Positions 1 to 12,394 of a stretch of DNA of 64,000 nucleotides are shown here, one piece after another (the stretch's first letter is position 1; the number at the start of each line of letters is the position of its first letter). Origin of the DNA: Gammaproteobacteria bacterium (GTDB taxonomy: Bacteria; Pseudomonadota; Gammaproteobacteria; Steroidobacterales; UBA11654); assembly GCA_002717445.1 (NCBI GenBank), contig PBDY01000019.1, positions 36,568 to 100,567 on the forward strand. Direction: 5' to 3'. The position numbers and the translations under genes are program-made. The notes beneath the pieces were generated by a model, which was not told the origin of the DNA, did no database searches, and saw nothing but the letters and a program-made list of their open reading frames with translations.

Positions 1-1
1 C

Positions 2-1504
2 GGTGGTCGCGGTGCCATGAGTTTTGGAAAAAGCAAAGCCAAATTATTGGGTGAAGACCAGGTGAAAGTAACATTTGCTGACGTTGCCGGTATTGAGGAA
101 GCAAAGGAAGAAGTTGTTGAAATTGTGGAATTTTTAAAAGATCCATCAAAGTTCCAACGATTGGGTGGGAAAATCCCAAGAGGAGTCTTGATGGTGGGAT
201 CACCTGGGACAGGAAAGACACTTCTCGCTAGAGCCATTGCAGGTGAGGCAAAAGTCCCATTTTTCACAATATCGGGTTCAGATTTTGTAGAAATGTTTGT
301 AGGTGTCGGAGCTTCCAGGGTCAGAGATATGTTTCAAGAAGCAAAAGGTCATTCTCCATGTATTATTTTCATCGATGAAATTGATGCAGTCGGCAGACAA
401 AGGGGTGCTGGCTTAGGCGGTGGCCACGATGAAAGAGAGCAGACGCTTAATCAGCTTCTGGTAGAAATGGATGGATTTGAAGACAATGTTGGTGTCATAG
501 TCATAGCGGCAACCAATCGTCCAGATGTATTAGATGCTGCACTCTTAAGGCCTGGTAGATTTGATCGTCAAGTGGTTGTTCCATTGCCTGATGTCAGGGG
601 CAGAGAGCAAATTCTTAAAGTTCATATGAGAAAAGTACCTCTTGATAAGAATGTAAAACCTTCAATCATCGCGAGAGGCACGCCGGGTTTTTCTGGGGCA
701 GATTTGGCTAACCTAGTCAATGAATCAGCTTTGATTGCGGCTCGAGGAAATAAAAAGCATGTAACGATGGATGACTTAGAAAAAGCGAAAGATAAAATCA
801 TGATGGGTGCAGAGAGAAGATCTCTGGTAATGAGTGAGGCTGAAAAAAAGCTTACTGCCTATCACGAAGCAGGCCATGCCATTGTTGGCCTTAATCTGGA
901 TGACCATGACCCTGTATATAAAGTAACAATTGTTCCCCGTGGAAGAGCGCTCGGAGTCACAATGTTTCTTCCCGAGGAAGATAAATACAGCATAAGCAAG
1001 AAGAGACTCATGGGTCAAATCACAAGCCTGTTTGGCGGAAGAGTTGCTGAGGAAATTATATTTGGCAAAGATGCAGTCACGACTGGTGCATCTAACGATA
1101 TTGAGCGTGCAACAGAAATAGCGAGAAATATGGTCACAAAATGGGGCTTGTCTGACAAATTAGGACCTCTTGCCTATAGCGATGATGAAGGCGAAGTATT
1201 TCTTGGACGATCCGTCACACAAACCAAACATATGTCAGATGGAACTGCTAAAACAATCGATGAAGAGGTGAGAAAAATAATTGACCATGCATACTCTGTA
1301 GCAACAAAAATTTTACAAAAACATAATCAAAGACTGCATAACATGGCTGAAGCGCTTATGAAATATGAAACCATTGAAGAATCTCAGATCGCGGACATCA
1401 TGAATGATAAGGAACCCAGACCGCCTGAAGATTGGAATTCGGATGATCATGACTCTGATGATCCTTCTACACCAAATATTGGTGATCCAGCAACACAACA
1501 TTAA
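2..1504 (+). CDS. ftsH: ATP-dependent zinc metalloprotease FtsH (5'-truncated by the window edge)
   Basis: Frame is open from base 2 ([14 protein letters not shown]). Walker A GSPGTGKT, Walker [12 protein letters not shown] motif [19 protein letters not shown], zinc motif HEAGH. Confidence 0.98.
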   Translation, partial: GGRGAMSFGKSKAKLLGEDQVKVTFADVAGIEEAKEEVVEIVEFLKDPSKFQRLGGKIPRGVLMVGSPGTGKTLLARAIAGEAKVPFFTISGSDFVEMFVGVGASRVRDMFQEAKGHSPCIIFIDEIDAVGRQRGAGLGGGHDEREQTLNQLLVEMDGFEDNVGVIVIAATNRPDVLDAALLRPGRFDRQVVVPLPDVRGREQILKVHMRKVPLDKNVKPSIIARGTPGFSGADLANLVNESALIAARGNKKHVTMDDLEKAKDKIMMGAERRSLVMSEAEKKLTAYHEAGHAIVGLNLDDHDPVYKVTIVPRGRALGVTMFLPEEDKYSISKKRLMGQITSLFGGRVAEEIIFGKDAVTTGASNDIERATEIARNMVTKWGLSDKLGPLAYSDDEGEVFLGRSVTQTKHMSDGTAKTIDEEVRKIIDHAYSVATKILQKHNQRLHNMAEALMKYETIEESQIADIMNDKEPRPPEDWNSDDHDSDDPSTPNIGDPATQH

Positions 1505-1589
1505 GTTTCACGTTAACTCCATAAAAAATAATGGATTTAACAGTTGCCAAAGCTATACAATACACGCCTTTAGAATATAGTGACTTAAA

Positions 1590-2933
1590 ATGAGTACACA
1601 GATAGAAAAAGTTTTTGGCACAGATGGTATCAGAGGAAAAGTGGGCGAGCATCCCATGACTATTGATTTTGCCATGAGATTAGCATCATCAATTGCTAAA
1701 GTTATGACCCCCAATGGCGGGAAAGTTGCCATTGGTAAAGACACGCGAATTTCTGGATACATGTTTGAATCAGCTCTTGAGTCTGCTTTTGTAGCATATG
1801 GTCTTGAGGTAATACTGTTGGGCCCACTTCCATCACCTGCTATTGCTTATTACACAATTCAACAAAATTGTGATTTTGGAATCGTCATCAGTGCTTCACA
1901 TAATTCCTATGAATACAACGGGATTAAAATCATTAACCACATGGGTGAGAAAATTGATCGTGAGATTGAAAGCATTATTGAATCCAAACTCTCGGACGCA
2001 CCGATAACAAAAACTGCTGAAACATTAGGCAAGGCAAAGATTTCAAATACATCAAGAAGTCTTTATAAATCGCTATTGATGTCAATATTCGATGACATTG
2101 ACCATCATTTACCTCTTAAGGGTTTTAAAATCGTCGTGGATGCATCAAATGGTGCCGCATATAAAATTGCTCCACAGGTGCTTCTGGATTTGGGTGCAGA
2201 TGTCATTCCAATTGCGTGTTCACCCAATGGAAAAAATATCAATCTAGATTGTGGGTCGACACACCCAGAAATTCTTAAAAAAACAGTCGTTGCAACAGAA
2301 TCGAATCTAGGAATAGGACTCGATGGTGATGCTGACAGAATTCTAATTGTCGATGAGCAAGGGGCAGTTTTAGACGGTGACCAGATTCTTTTTATCCTGG
2401 CAAATGCGAATATGAGTAATAAAACATTCAATCATAAAGTTGTGGGAACAATTACCACAAATTCTGGTCTTGAAATGAAATTAAAAGACTTAAATATCGA
2501 CCTATATCGTTCCGATGTTGGCGATAAGAATGTTTATTCCATGATGAAAAAAACGGGTGCCATCATCGGCGGTGAGTCATCAGGTCATATCATTAATTCT
2601 GAATATTCACCAACTGGCGATGCTCTTCTGACAGGCCTCATCATCATTAAGGAATCCATTATCAATAGTTTAAATATAAGCGATCTTGTGGCTGATCTTG
2701 AACTCTTGCCTGTATTGAATGAAAATTTAGATATCGAAAATTTAAATAACATTACTGACGACTTCTTGCGCCATCTTGCAAATACGATCAATTCAGAGAA
2801 TCAAGACGGAAGAGTGATAATAAGAGCGTCCGGTACTGAGCCGCTTATCAGGATATCGATTGAGAACACTGATCAAGTGACTTCAAATAGTCTTCTAAAG
2901 TTTATTGTCGATAGCATCAAAACAAATGGATAA
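1590..2933 (+). CDS. glmM: Phosphoglucosamine mutase
   Basis: FGTDGIRG, catalytic SASHN, metal loop DGDADR, GGESSGH, RASGTEP; position between ftsH and tpiA. Confidence 0.95.
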   Translation: MSTQIEKVFGTDGIRGKVGEHPMTIDFAMRLASSIAKVMTPNGGKVAIGKDTRISGYMFESALESAFVAYGLEVILLGPLPSPAIAYYTIQQNCDFGIVISASHNSYEYNGIKIINHMGEKIDREIESIIESKLSDAPITKTAETLGKAKISNTSRSLYKSLLMSIFDDIDHHLPLKGFKIVVDASNGAAYKIAPQVLLDLGADVIPIACSPNGKNINLDCGSTHPEILKKTVVATESNLGIGLDGDADRILIVDEQGAVLDGDQILFILANANMSNKTFNHKVVGTITTNSGLEMKLKDLNIDLYRSDVGDKNVYSMMKKTGAIIGGESSGHIINSEYSPTGDALLTGLIIIKESIINSLNISDLVADLELLPVLNENLDIENLNNITDDFLRHLANTINSENQDGRVIIRASGTEPLIRISIENTDQVTSNSLLKFIVDSIKTNG

Positions 2934-3681
2934 AAAATATTTCATCGCTGCAAATTGGAAGATGAATGCCGACTTGTCATTCATCAATGAGTATTTCTCT
3001 GCATTTAAATCAGAGTTAGAAAACTCCAATGACATGATCATATGTCCACCGGATATATACCTTCAGTCTGTAATGGATAAAGCACCAAGTTTTATCAGTA
3101 TTGGCGCTCAGAATATTTCTCAACATGAAGTCGGCGCTTTTACTGGAGAATGTTCAGGCCATATGCTTGCAGATCATTCAATTGAGTATGTAATCATTGG
3201 TCATTCTGAAAGACGTGAATATCATCGTGAAAGCAATGAAGAAATAAAATTAAAACTACTAAAGGCCATAGAAAATAATTTAATCCCTATTCTATGTATC
3301 GGCGAATCCATTGAGCAAAGAGAATCGGATCAAACGTTCGAGGTCATAGGGCAACAAATAAGAAGAGTCTTGGATCGTGATATTCTATCAGCAGACACAC
3401 AGTTCCTTATTGCTTATGAACCAATTTGGGCCATTGGTACAGGCTTGACTGCAACGCCAGAAATGGCTAATGAAGTACATGCCTTCATTCAGTCCATATT
3501 GAATGAAATTCATTCATCCAAAATTATCCCTATCTTATATGGCGGGAGCATGAAATCTTCAAATGCAAAAGAATTGCTTCAGATGGAGCATATTCATGGA
3601 GGTTTGATAGGTGGTGCATCTCTTGATGCTTCTGAATTTATAAAAATATATAATATTGCCGAGGAAATAAGAAATGGCTAA
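2926..3681 (+). CDS. tpiA: Triosephosphate isomerase (start moved to ATG 2926)
   Basis: AANWKMN, IIGHSERR, AYEPIWAIGTG, LYGGS, GGLIGGASL. Confidence 0.97.
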   Translation: MDKKYFIAANWKMNADLSFINEYFSAFKSELENSNDMIICPPDIYLQSVMDKAPSFISIGAQNISQHEVGAFTGECSGHMLADHSIEYVIIGHSERREYHRESNEEIKLKLLKAIENNLIPILCIGESIEQRESDQTFEVIGQQIRRVLDRDILSADTQFLIAYEPIWAIGTGLTATPEMANEVHAFIQSILNEIHSSKIIPILYGGSMKSSNAKELLQMEHIHGGLIGGASLDASEFIKIYNIAEEIRNG

Positions 3682-4006
3682 TGCAAATTCAATATTACTA
3701 AGCGTTCATGTAATCACTGCAATTGTGATTGTGGTATTGATTCTTTTACAAAAAGGAAAAGGTGCTGACATGGGCTCGGCATTTGGTGCCGGCGCATCCG
3801 GTACACTTTTTGGAGCCAAAGGATCTGCAAATTTTCTATCCAGAACAACAGCGGTACTTGCTAGTGTATTTTTTATCACCAGCCTTACGCTGGCCTATTT
3901 AAATAAAGGAACGGTTGTTTCTGATAGTGTTCTGGATCAAGTGGAATCACCAAATGTGGTTCCAAAAGAGACCATTGAAAGCGAACCTCAAATACCACAA
4001 GAATAA
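3674..4006 (+). CDS. secG: Preprotein translocase subunit SecG
   Basis: Two hydrophobic segments around LLQKGKGADMGSAFGAG...NFLSRTT; tpiA-secG-tRNA-Leu synteny. Confidence 0.95.
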   Translation: MANANSILLSVHVITAIVIVVLILLQKGKGADMGSAFGAGASGTLFGAKGSANFLSRTTAVLASVFFITSLTLAYLNKGTVVSDSVLDQVESPNVVPKETIESEPQIPQE

Positions 4007-4016
4007 TTAGTCTCTA

Positions 4017-4099
4017 GCCGATGTGGTGGAATCTGGTAGACACGCTGTCTTGAGGGGGCAGTGGCGCAAGCTGTGCCGGTTCGAGTCCGGCCATCGGCA
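4017..4099 (+). tRNA. tRNA-Leu(GAG), CCA not encoded
   Basis: Acceptor stem GCCGATG/CATCGGC, anticodon arm CTGTC-TTGAGGG-GGCAG, long variable arm, T arm GGTTCGAGTCC. Confidence 0.95.
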
Positions 4100-4152
4100 G
4101 AGTTTTATTTCACAGAAAATGACTAATATTTTGGATGATTGCATTTAAAAAA

Positions 4153-4161
4153 TGATACAAT
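4153..4161 (+). promoter_or_regulatory. Putative extended -10 promoter of the nuo operon
   Basis: TG-a-TACAAT about 40 bp upstream of the nuoA ATG; no good -35. Confidence 0.45.
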
Positions 4162-4199
4162 TCATCGCGTTTTAAGACACATTTAGAGTTTCCATAGAG

Positions 4200-4556
4200 A
4201 TGCTTGAAAATTATCTGCCAATCGCAATTTTTATTATCATAGCCGTCGTTCTTGGCCTATTGATGCTTGGTTTGGGTTTTCTCTTTGGGAAGGGCGCTAA
4301 GACGAAAGCTAAATTATCACCATATGAATGTGGATTCGAAGAATTTGAAGACGCACGAATACCGTTTGATGTCAGATATTACTTAGTCGCAATTCTTTTT
4401 ATTATCTTTGATCTTGAGATCGCATTCCTATTCCCTTGGGCTATTGCTCTTGATCAAATTGGTCATGTAGGCCTTATATCGATGGTTATTTTTCTTTTTG
4501 TTTTGGTTATAGGGTTTGTGTACGAGTGGAATAAAGGAGCATTGGATTGGGATTAG
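4200..4556 (+). CDS. nuoA: NADH-quinone oxidoreductase subunit A
   Basis: [39 protein letters not shown]. Confidence 0.97.
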   Translation: MLENYLPIAIFIIIAVVLGLLMLGLGFLFGKGAKTKAKLSPYECGFEEFEDARIPFDVRYYLVAILFIIFDLEIAFLFPWAIALDQIGHVGLISMVIFLFVLVIGFVYEWNKGALDWD

Positions 4557-5044
4557 ATGCTGATAACAATTTAATTGATCAACAAGGTCCCGGATTTATC
4601 ATCACATCGGTTGATAAGCTTGTTAATTGGGCAAGAACAGGGTCAATGTGGCCAGTGACATTTGGTTTGGCATGTTGTGCCATTGAAATGATGCATGCAG
4701 GTGCAGCCAGGTATGATACCGATCGTTTTGGTGTCTTCTTTAGGCCCAGCCCAAGACAATCAGATGTCATGATTGTTGCAGGCACCTTGGTTAATAAAAT
4801 GGCCCCTGCACTTCGAAAAGTATATGACCAAATGGCTGAGCCTAAATGGGTTATTTCAATGGGATCATGTGCGAACGGAGGAGGCTACTACCATCATTCG
4901 TATTCAGTAGTTAGAGGTTGTGATCAAATTCTTCCAGTCGATATTTATGTACCGGGTTGCCCACCAACATCTGAAGCACTGATCAATGGAATTATAGAGC
5001 TTCAGGAAAAAATAAAAAAAGAAGAATCTGTAGCACATGGATAA
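4547..5044 (+). CDS. nuoB: NADH-quinone oxidoreductase subunit B
   Basis: [31 protein letters not shown]; TTG start overlapping nuoA. Confidence 0.97.
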   Translation: MGLDADNNLIDQQGPGFIITSVDKLVNWARTGSMWPVTFGLACCAIEMMHAGAARYDTDRFGVFFRPSPRQSDVMIVAGTLVNKMAPALRKVYDQMAEPKWVISMGSCANGGGYYHHSYSVVRGCDQILPVDIYVPGCPPTSEALINGIIELQEKIKKEESVAHG

Positions 5045-5687
5045 TCAGAGGAAAATAGAGATTCTAGAAAAAAAACTTGAAGCATATGATATTGATGTTT
5101 CATTGAATCAATCCAACCCCGAAATCAAAGTCAATCGAGAACAGCTCATTGAAGTTTCTCATGCTCTGAAGAAAAATGAAGCCTATGAAATCCTAATCGA
5201 TGTCATAGCAGTTGATTATCTTACATATGGGAATGCTGACTGGAAAACCAATGATGCAACCCACACAGGCTATTCTCGTGCAGTAAAACCAACAATTATT
5301 CCAGACATAGATGATACATTCGAAGACAGATTCGCTGTTTTTTATCAATTGCTTTCTGTAACAGATAATCAGCGGCTCACCCTAAAAGTATTCGCATCAG
5401 AAAGCAATCCTCCAACCGTACCATCTCTTATCGATATTTGGAGCAGTGCCGATTGGTTTGAAAGGGAAGCTTTTGACTTGATGGGCATTCATTTTGAAGG
5501 TCATCCCGATCTTCGAAGAATACTCACTGATTATGGTTTTATCGGCCATCCATTTAGAAAAGATTTCCCAACCAATGGAAATCTTGAGGTTGTATATGAT
5601 GAAAAAAAAGGTGAGGTGGTCTATCAACCTGTTTCAATATCAACTCGTCCAGGTGTGCCAAGGGTCATAAGGAATCAAAATGACTGA
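5037..5687 (+). CDS. nuoC: NADH-quinone oxidoreductase subunit C (not fused to D)
   Basis: [39 protein letters not shown]. Confidence 0.96.
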   Translation: MDNQRKIEILEKKLEAYDIDVSLNQSNPEIKVNREQLIEVSHALKKNEAYEILIDVIAVDYLTYGNADWKTNDATHTGYSRAVKPTIIPDIDDTFEDRFAVFYQLLSVTDNQRLTLKVFASESNPPTVPSLIDIWSSADWFEREAFDLMGIHFEGHPDLRRILTDYGFIGHPFRKDFPTNGNLEVVYDEKKGEVVYQPVSISTRPGVPRVIRNQND

Positions 5688-6930
5688 AAGCAATCTCAAG
5701 CTTAATTTTGGTCCACAACATCCAGCAGCTCATGGCGTTTTGAGATTAATCATGGAGATGGATGGTGAAGTGATTATAAATCTTGATCCTCATATTGGCC
5801 TTTTACATAGAGGCACTGAAAAACTGGCTGAAATAAAACCATACAACCATTCCATTGGGTACATGGACAGAATGGACTATGTCTCAATGATGTGTTGTGA
5901 GCATCCTTACGTTTTAGCTATTGAAAGTCTTTTGGATATAACCCCTCCCAAAAGAGCCCAATACATTCGTGTGATGTTTGATGAAATCACAAGAATATTG
6001 AATCATTTATTATGGCTGGGTTGCCATGGACTAGATATCGGAGCTATGGCTTTATTTCTTTACTGTTTCAGGGAGAGGGAGGATCTATATGATGCATATG
6101 AGGCAGTTTCAGGCGCCAGAATGCATGCGACTTATTATAGGCCTGGTGGTGTCTATCGTGACTTGCCGGAAGAGATGCCTCAATACAAAGCAAATAAATT
6201 TATATCAGAGAAGAAAGTTAAAAGGCTTAACTATAATCGCGAAGGTTCATTGCTTGATTTTATCGAAGATTTCACAAATCGATTTCCATCTTTAGTGGAT
6301 GAGTATGAAACATTGCTCACCGATAACCGCATATGGAAACAAAGGACGGTCGATATTGGTGTTGTAACACCAGAAAGAGCAATGCAGCTTGGCTTTACAG
6401 GTCCTATGTTAAGAGGTTCTGGCATCGAGTGGGATCTTAGAAGAAATCAAAGCTATGAAGTGTATGATGAGCTAGATTTTCTGATTCCGGTTGGTGTCAA
6501 TGGCGATTGTTACGATCGTTATCTGGTCAGAATCGAAGAAATGAGACAATCCAATATGATCATTCAACAATGCATCAGATGGCTCAGAGAAAATCAAGGC
6601 CCGGTCATGATCGGGGATCATAAATACAGACCACCGAAGAGAGATTCAATGAAACATGATATGGAATCTTTGATATATCATTTTAAACACTTCACTGAAG
6701 GTTATTCTGTTCCCGAAGGAAACACCTATAAGGCCATTGAGCACCCAAAAGGTGAATTTGGTGTTTTCTTGCTTTCTGATGGTGCCAATAAACCATATCG
6801 ATTAAAAGTCAGGGCGCCAAGTTTTGCCCATTTGGCAGCCATTGACGAAATGTCCAAAGGCCACATGTTGGCAGATGTAGTATCAATCATTGGAACCTTA
6901 GACATTGTTTTTGGTGAAATAGATAGATAA
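5680..6930 (+). CDS. nuoD: NADH-quinone oxidoreductase subunit D
   Basis: [25 protein letters not shown]-terminal DIVFGEIDR. Confidence 0.98.
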   Translation: MTESNLKLNFGPQHPAAHGVLRLIMEMDGEVIINLDPHIGLLHRGTEKLAEIKPYNHSIGYMDRMDYVSMMCCEHPYVLAIESLLDITPPKRAQYIRVMFDEITRILNHLLWLGCHGLDIGAMALFLYCFREREDLYDAYEAVSGARMHATYYRPGGVYRDLPEEMPQYKANKFISEKKVKRLNYNREGSLLDFIEDFTNRFPSLVDEYETLLTDNRIWKQRTVDIGVVTPERAMQLGFTGPMLRGSGIEWDLRRNQSYEVYDELDFLIPVGVNGDCYDRYLVRIEEMRQSNMIIQQCIRWLRENQGPVMIGDHKYRPPKRDSMKHDMESLIYHFKHFTEGYSVPEGNTYKAIEHPKGEFGVFLLSDGANKPYRLKVRAPSFAHLAAIDEMSKGHMLADVVSIIGTLDIVFGEIDR

Positions 6931-6932
6931 AT

Positions 6933-7427
6933 ATGAACGAATTACTGACACCTGAAACAAAAAAAGAAATGGACCATTGGCTGAATAAGTTTCCAAAGGG
7001 AAAACAACGTTCCGCAATCATTGGGTCGCTTCATGCCGTTCAACATCAAAACGAAGGGTTCTTAACATCTGAACTCATGGATGCAGTAGCCAATTATCTC
7101 GATGTACCAAAAATCCAAGTCTATGAAGTGGCAACATTCTATTCAATGTTTCAAACAAAACCAGCAGGCAAACATGAAATCTCAGTCTGCACTAATATCT
7201 CATGCATGCTTAGAGGTTCCGATGCAATACTCAATCATATTGAACATAAGCTGGGCATCAATGTTGGTGAATCAACGTCCGATGGAAAAATCTTCTTAAA
7301 AGAAGAAGAAGAATGCCTTGCTGCATGCACTGGGGCACCAATGATGATGGTGGATCACGTTTATATCGAAAATATAGACATAAAAAAGGTTGATGAAGTG
7401 ATTGACAAACTGACCAGTAAATCATGA
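6933..7427 (+). CDS. nuoE: NADH-quinone oxidoreductase subunit E
   Basis: EVATFYSMF; 2Fe-2S ligands CTNISC...CLAAC. Confidence 0.96.
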   Translation: MNELLTPETKKEMDHWLNKFPKGKQRSAIIGSLHAVQHQNEGFLTSELMDAVANYLDVPKIQVYEVATFYSMFQTKPAGKHEISVCTNISCMLRGSDAILNHIEHKLGINVGESTSDGKIFLKEEEECLAACTGAPMMMVDHVYIENIDIKKVDEVIDKLTSKS

Positions 7428-8710
7428 GCAAATTAAACCAAGTCATATATTCAAACATCAATGATTCAAATTCATGGACCATCGATGAGTATCTAAAACA
7501 AGGCGGATACTCTGTCTGGAAGGACATACTTGCAGATCAAGAAAATAAAAACAGTAACTGGATCATTGAGGAAGTTAAAAAATCCGGACTGAGAGGCAGG
7601 GGTGGTGCCGGATTTCCAACAGGCCTTAAATGGAGCTTCATGCCTAACAACGATGATCAAAAATACATCGTCTGCAACTCAGATGAGAGCGAACCGGGTA
7701 CTTGTCATGACAGAGACATTCTCAAATACAACCCTCATGTGCTCGTTGAAGGAATGGCTATTGCTGCTTATGCGATTGGAGCAACCGTTGGATATAACTA
7801 TGTCAGGGGTGAGTTCATGCTTGAATGTTACCCACGCATTGAAGCTGCTGTGAAAGAGGCTTATGAAGCTGGCTTACTGGGAGGCAACATACTAGAGTCT
7901 GGCGTTGATTTTGATCTTTATAATTTTCTTGGGGCAGGCGCATATATTTGCGGAGAAGAAACGGGGTTGCTTGAATCTTTAGAGGGAAAACAAGGAAAAC
8001 CCAGATTTAAACCACCATTTCCAGCCAATTTCGGACTCTATGGGAAACCCACAACTGTCAACAACACACAAACACTGGCAAGCATTCCGAAAATAATTGA
8101 GAATGGCTCAAAATGGTACTCTGACTTTGGAACAGAAAAATCCCCTGGCACGCTTATCTTTTCAATCTCAGGACACATTAATAATCCAGGTAATTATGAA
8201 CTCCCGCTTGGGCTGACTTTCAATGAAGTGATTGAGATAGCGGGCGGAATCTTGGATGAAAGAAAGCTCAAGGCAGTTATTCCCGGTGGTTCATCGACAA
8301 AAGTCCTTCCGGCAAAGATTATAGAAAACTGCACCATGGACTACGAATCGCTTCAAAGTGCCGATTCTGCATTGGGCACTGGAGCTATGATCATTATTGC
8401 TGAGGACACTTGCATGGTTGAACTCTTAAAGAGAATATCAAGATTTTACTTTGCTGAGAGTTGCGGCCAATGCACACCGTGCAGAGAAGGAACAGGATGG
8501 CTTTATCGTATTCTAGATCGAATCACAAATGGGCAAGGTCTGTCAGGCGATCTGTCGTTGCTCGAAGACGTCGCTGGACGAATAGAGGGCAATACAATTT
8601 GTGCCTTTGGTGATGCTTCAGCATGGCCAGTTCAAAGCTTCTTAAAGCACTATCACCATGAATTTAAATACATGATCGAGAACAAAGGCAAATCAGTGGC
8701 AGCAGGATGA
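7424..8710 (+). CDS. nuoF: NADH-quinone oxidoreductase subunit F
   Basis: GLRGRGGAGFPTG, NSDESEPGT, GAGAYICGEET, ESCGQCTPCREG. Confidence 0.98.
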   Translation: MSKLNQVIYSNINDSNSWTIDEYLKQGGYSVWKDILADQENKNSNWIIEEVKKSGLRGRGGAGFPTGLKWSFMPNNDDQKYIVCNSDESEPGTCHDRDILKYNPHVLVEGMAIAAYAIGATVGYNYVRGEFMLECYPRIEAAVKEAYEAGLLGGNILESGVDFDLYNFLGAGAYICGEETGLLESLEGKQGKPRFKPPFPANFGLYGKPTTVNNTQTLASIPKIIENGSKWYSDFGTEKSPGTLIFSISGHINNPGNYELPLGLTFNEVIEIAGGILDERKLKAVIPGGSSTKVLPAKIIENCTMDYESLQSADSALGTGAMIIIAEDTCMVELLKRISRFYFAESCGQCTPCREGTGWLYRILDRITNGQGLSGDLSLLEDVAGRIEGNTICAFGDASAWPVQSFLKHYHHEFKYMIENKGKSVAAG

Positions 8711-10845
8711 CTGATACAAAAAATAAAATCACAGTAACGATTGATGGAATCGAACACGATGCTCTTCCGGGTCAAATGCTTATAGAATTGACAGATCAAA
8801 CCGGTACATATGTTCCACGATTCTGCTATCACGAAAAACTATCCATTGCTGCAAATTGCAGAATGTGTCTTGTTGAGGTAGAAAATTCTAATAGTGCATT
8901 GCCCGCATGCGCCACACCGGTCAGTGATGGCATGATCGTTCATACCAAATCCAAACCTGCAAAAACGGCTCAAGAATCAACGATGGAATTCTTGCTGATC
9001 AATCATCCACTGGATTGTCCAATCTGTGATCAAGGCGGTGAATGCGAGCTTCAAGATTTGGCTTATGCCTATGGTAAAAATGATTCACGATTTGACATAC
9101 AAAAACAAACAAAAAAGAATGATGATTTAGGGCCTCTTGTATCCACGGATATGACACGGTGCATTATGTGTACAAGATGTGTTCGCTTTGGCACTGAGAT
9201 TGCCGGTATTCAGGAACTAGGAACCATTGGCAGAGGAGAGAGTTCCAATATCAGTACGTATGTATCCAAGACAGTGGACCATGAACTCTCTGGAAACATC
9301 ATTGATTTATGTCCTGTAGGCGCCCTCAATAACAAACCTTATCGATATACAGACCGAACCTGGGAGTTGGATCAAATTGAAAGCATCTCGCCTCACGATT
9401 GTGTTGGCACAAACATCATGATACATAAGAAAAATGACATCATTCGCAGAATTGTTCCAAAGAATAACCCAGACATAAACGAAACATGGATTGCGGACAG
9501 AGACCGTTTTGGCTTCGATGGTATCTACTCAGAAGATCGTGCGATAAGCCCACAGCTTAGAGTTAATAGTGATCTTGATAATGTTAAAGTGGCCGATGCA
9601 ATGGATCGTTCGGTGGACATGATCAAATCATGCTCAAATAATGGTCAATCAATAGGAGTATTGGTTTCACCCAATCTGTCCACAGAAGAGCAATATTTAT
9701 TATCGGATTTTTGTCATCAATTAGGGATCAAAGCCATTGACTACCGACTGAGGCAGAGAGATTTCTCAGAAAAATCTGACAGGAGTTTTATTCCTCACAT
9801 GAATATTAACTTATCAGACATTGATTCGATGAAAAACACACTCATCTTAGGTTCCGATCTGAGAAAAGAAACACCAATCCTTGCTCATCGGATAAAGAAA
9901 TCAGCGGACAGCGGGTCATCGATTCACATCATTAACTCCCACGAATCGGAATACCACTTTCAGATTGGACAAAATATCATAAACGATGATTGGGTCAATG
10001 ATATTGGCCGAGTACTAAAAGCTGCCATTAATTTGACAAAGAATCATTTGCCCAACAATATTGCTGATCATCTGGATACAATCGATGAACCATCAGTAAA
10101 GCACGAGGCAATAGCTGTATCCTTGTGTCAGAGTAAGAGCCTGATCATCATCGGTATTGGTGCGTATTCAGACAGCCAGTACCAAATCATTCGTTCGTAT
10201 GCCCATATTTTATCATCCGTTTGTCAAACAAATCTTTGCGAGATTTCTGAGGGCTCCAATATGATAGGCGCTTCTATCCATGGGTTGATTAACGAGTCAA
10301 CTGATCAAACTCTAAACTTCTCAGAAATCATTCAAATGAACCACGATCTTTTGATCATGTATGGCATCGAACCTAACGATACGATATACCAAGCAGAGTT
10401 AATTGAATGCATGAAATCTACAAATAATCTTGTAGTCTTTACGCCATACATAAATGAATACTTCAATCAGCATGCGGACGTAATTATTCCAATAAAAACC
10501 CATTACGAGGGTACTGGCTCGATGATCAATCTTGAGCTGAGAAATCAGTCTTTTAATCATATTCAGTCGATGAGCGCTGATGAATTCAGCAATATTGAGT
10601 TGCTTATGTCCATGTATCAAGGCATGGGCATTCAATCATTATCTGTCAGCGAGATTAATGATTGTATTCAAAAAGGAATAGAAACCATTGCAATAACAGC
10701 TGAAAAAATATCAGAAATCCCAGACACGACTCTAACAACATTTCTTCCCAAGAAAGAAACCATTTTCAATATGTATAACACCGATAATGTTTTGAGACGA
10801 TCTAAGCCGCTACAAAATACCAAAGAAGGATTAAGCAGCAAATGA
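8707..10845 (+). CDS. nuoG: NADH-quinone oxidoreductase subunit G
   Basis: PRFCYH...[26 protein letters not shown]...CPVGAL; divergent C-terminal half. Confidence 0.95.
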   Translation: MTDTKNKITVTIDGIEHDALPGQMLIELTDQTGTYVPRFCYHEKLSIAANCRMCLVEVENSNSALPACATPVSDGMIVHTKSKPAKTAQESTMEFLLINHPLDCPICDQGGECELQDLAYAYGKNDSRFDIQKQTKKNDDLGPLVSTDMTRCIMCTRCVRFGTEIAGIQELGTIGRGESSNISTYVSKTVDHELSGNIIDLCPVGALNNKPYRYTDRTWELDQIESISPHDCVGTNIMIHKKNDIIRRIVPKNNPDINETWIADRDRFGFDGIYSEDRAISPQLRVNSDLDNVKVADAMDRSVDMIKSCSNNGQSIGVLVSPNLSTEEQYLLSDFCHQLGIKAIDYRLRQRDFSEKSDRSFIPHMNINLSDIDSMKNTLILGSDLRKETPILAHRIKKSADSGSSIHIINSHESEYHFQIGQNIINDDWVNDIGRVLKAAINLTKNHLPNNIADHLDTIDEPSVKHEAIAVSLCQSKSLIIIGIGAYSDSQYQIIRSYAHILSSVCQTNLCEISEGSNMIGASIHGLINESTDQTLNFSEIIQMNHDLLIMYGIEPNDTIYQAELIECMKSTNNLVVFTPYINEYFNQHADVIIPIKTHYEGTGSMINLELRNQSFNHIQSMSADEFSNIELLMSMYQGMGIQSLSVSEINDCIQKGIETIAITAEKISEIPDTTLTTFLPKKETIFNMYNTDNVLRRSKPLQNTKEGLSSK

Positions 10846-11912
10846 AGGAATTCTTATCATCGCTTTTATCATCCCTTGACCCTCAGTGGATGAGTCTCAT
10901 ATGGTCTTTATTTCAAATCGCTATCGTCACAGCCTGTCTCATCCTAACGGTTATTTTTTTAGTGTTTTTCGAAAGAAAAGTCATTGGATATATGCATTCT
11001 AGAGTAGGGCCGAACAGAGTTGGGCCAATGGGAACGCTTCAATCGATTGCAGACACTATTAAATTGTTACTCAAAGAAGTGATCATTCCTGCTAAAGCCG
11101 ATAAGTTCTTTTTTTTACTCTCACCGATTCTCCTACTTGTGCCGGCTTTAGCAGCATGGGCCGTAATACCTTTTAGTCCAGAATTCATCATTGCAGACAT
11201 TAATGCTGGGCTTCTCTATTTACTAGCGCTGACATCCTTTGGTGTTTATGGTGTGATTTTAGGTGGCTGGGCATCCAATTCAAAATATGCTTTTCTTGGC
11301 TCAATGAGGGCTGCTGCACAAATGGTGGCATATGAAATTGCCATGGGATTTGCATTGGTTGGAGTTCTGATGGCTAGTGGCAGCTTAAAGCTTGGAGAAA
11401 TTGTTGCTGCACAATCGGGTGGTGTCCTCAGCTGGTTCTGGGTTCCATTGTTTCCGCTCTTTATTGTCTACTTTATTTCAGGTATTGCTGAAACAAACAG
11501 ACACCCATTTGATCTTGCTGAAGGTGAGGCTGAAATCGTAGCTGGTTTTCATGTTGAATATTCAGGCATAGGATTTGCAATATTCTTCCTCGCCGAATAC
11601 ATCAATATGGCTCTAATATCAGTCTTAACATCAATCTTGTTTCTCGGCGGTTGGGAAAGTTTCTTTGCCGGTCTTACCTTCCTGGAAGACTCTATACTGG
11701 CCTTTGTAGTTGAACCCAGTATTTTCTGGTTATTGATAAAAGCACTATTCTTCTTGTTTGTCTTTGTTTGGTTGAGGGCATCATTCCCAAGATACAGATA
11801 TGATCAGTTGATGTCTCTTGGATGGAAAGTATTGATCCCAATAACCATCGTATGGATAGGTGTTGAATGCGTGATGTATGTCATGCAGGTCGGTCCTTGG
11901 AGTGTCGCATGA
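10842..11912 (+). CDS. nuoH: NADH-quinone oxidoreductase subunit H
   Basis: ERKVIG...[33 protein letters not shown]. Confidence 0.97.
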   Translation: MKEFLSSLLSSLDPQWMSLIWSLFQIAIVTACLILTVIFLVFFERKVIGYMHSRVGPNRVGPMGTLQSIADTIKLLLKEVIIPAKADKFFFLLSPILLLVPALAAWAVIPFSPEFIIADINAGLLYLLALTSFGVYGVILGGWASNSKYAFLGSMRAAAQMVAYEIAMGFALVGVLMASGSLKLGEIVAAQSGGVLSWFWVPLFPLFIVYFISGIAETNRHPFDLAEGEAEIVAGFHVEYSGIGFAIFFLAEYINMALISVLTSILFLGGWESFFAGLTFLEDSILAFVVEPSIFWLLIKALFFLFVFVWLRASFPRYRYDQLMSLGWKVLIPITIVWIGVECVMYVMQVGPWSVA

Positions 11913-12394
11913 ATATGCTTCAGCTTTTAAAGAAACTATCGTTAATTGATTTCATCAAAGGCTTCATTGTCACGCTCAAAGCTTTTTTTAGACGCAAAGT
12001 CACTGTTCAATACCCTGAGGTAAAAACTCCACTCTCTCCACGGTTTAGAGGCAAACTGGCACTCATGCGATACGACAATGGCGAAGAACGATGCATTGCA
12101 TGTAAATTATGTTCAGCCGTTTGCCCTGCTCAGGCAATCACCATTGAATCTGAAGAAAGAGCTGATGGGTCCAGACGAACCGTTAAATTCGAGATTGACG
12201 CATTCAAATGCATCTATTGCGGCTTCTGCGAAGAAGCTTGCCCAGTGGATTCCATTGTTGAAACAAATATCTTTGAGTATCACATGACAGAAAATCATCA
12301 GAGAATCCAAACAAAAGAGATGCTCCTAGCAACTGGCGATCAACACAAAGATCAAACGATTAAGAATAAGAAAAAAGACTCGAGGTATAGATGA
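11909..12394 (+). CDS. nuoI: NADH-quinone oxidoreductase subunit I (start moved to ATG 11909, ATGA overlap)
   Basis: Two CxxCxxCxxxCP motifs: [12 protein letters not shown] and [12 protein letters not shown]. Confidence 0.97.
   Translation: MNMLQLLKKLSLIDFIKGFIVTLKAFFRRKVTVQYPEVKTPLSPRFRGKLALMRYDNGEERCIACKLCSAVCPAQAITIESEERADGSRRTVKFEIDAFKCIYCGFCEEACPVDSIVETNIFEYHMTENHQRIQTKEMLLATGDQHKDQTIKNKKKDSRYR

Noticed and set aside
4017-4099. tRNA-Leu lacks an encoded CCA while the other three tRNAs have it
   Set aside because: Common in bacteria; the CCA-adding enzyme completes it.
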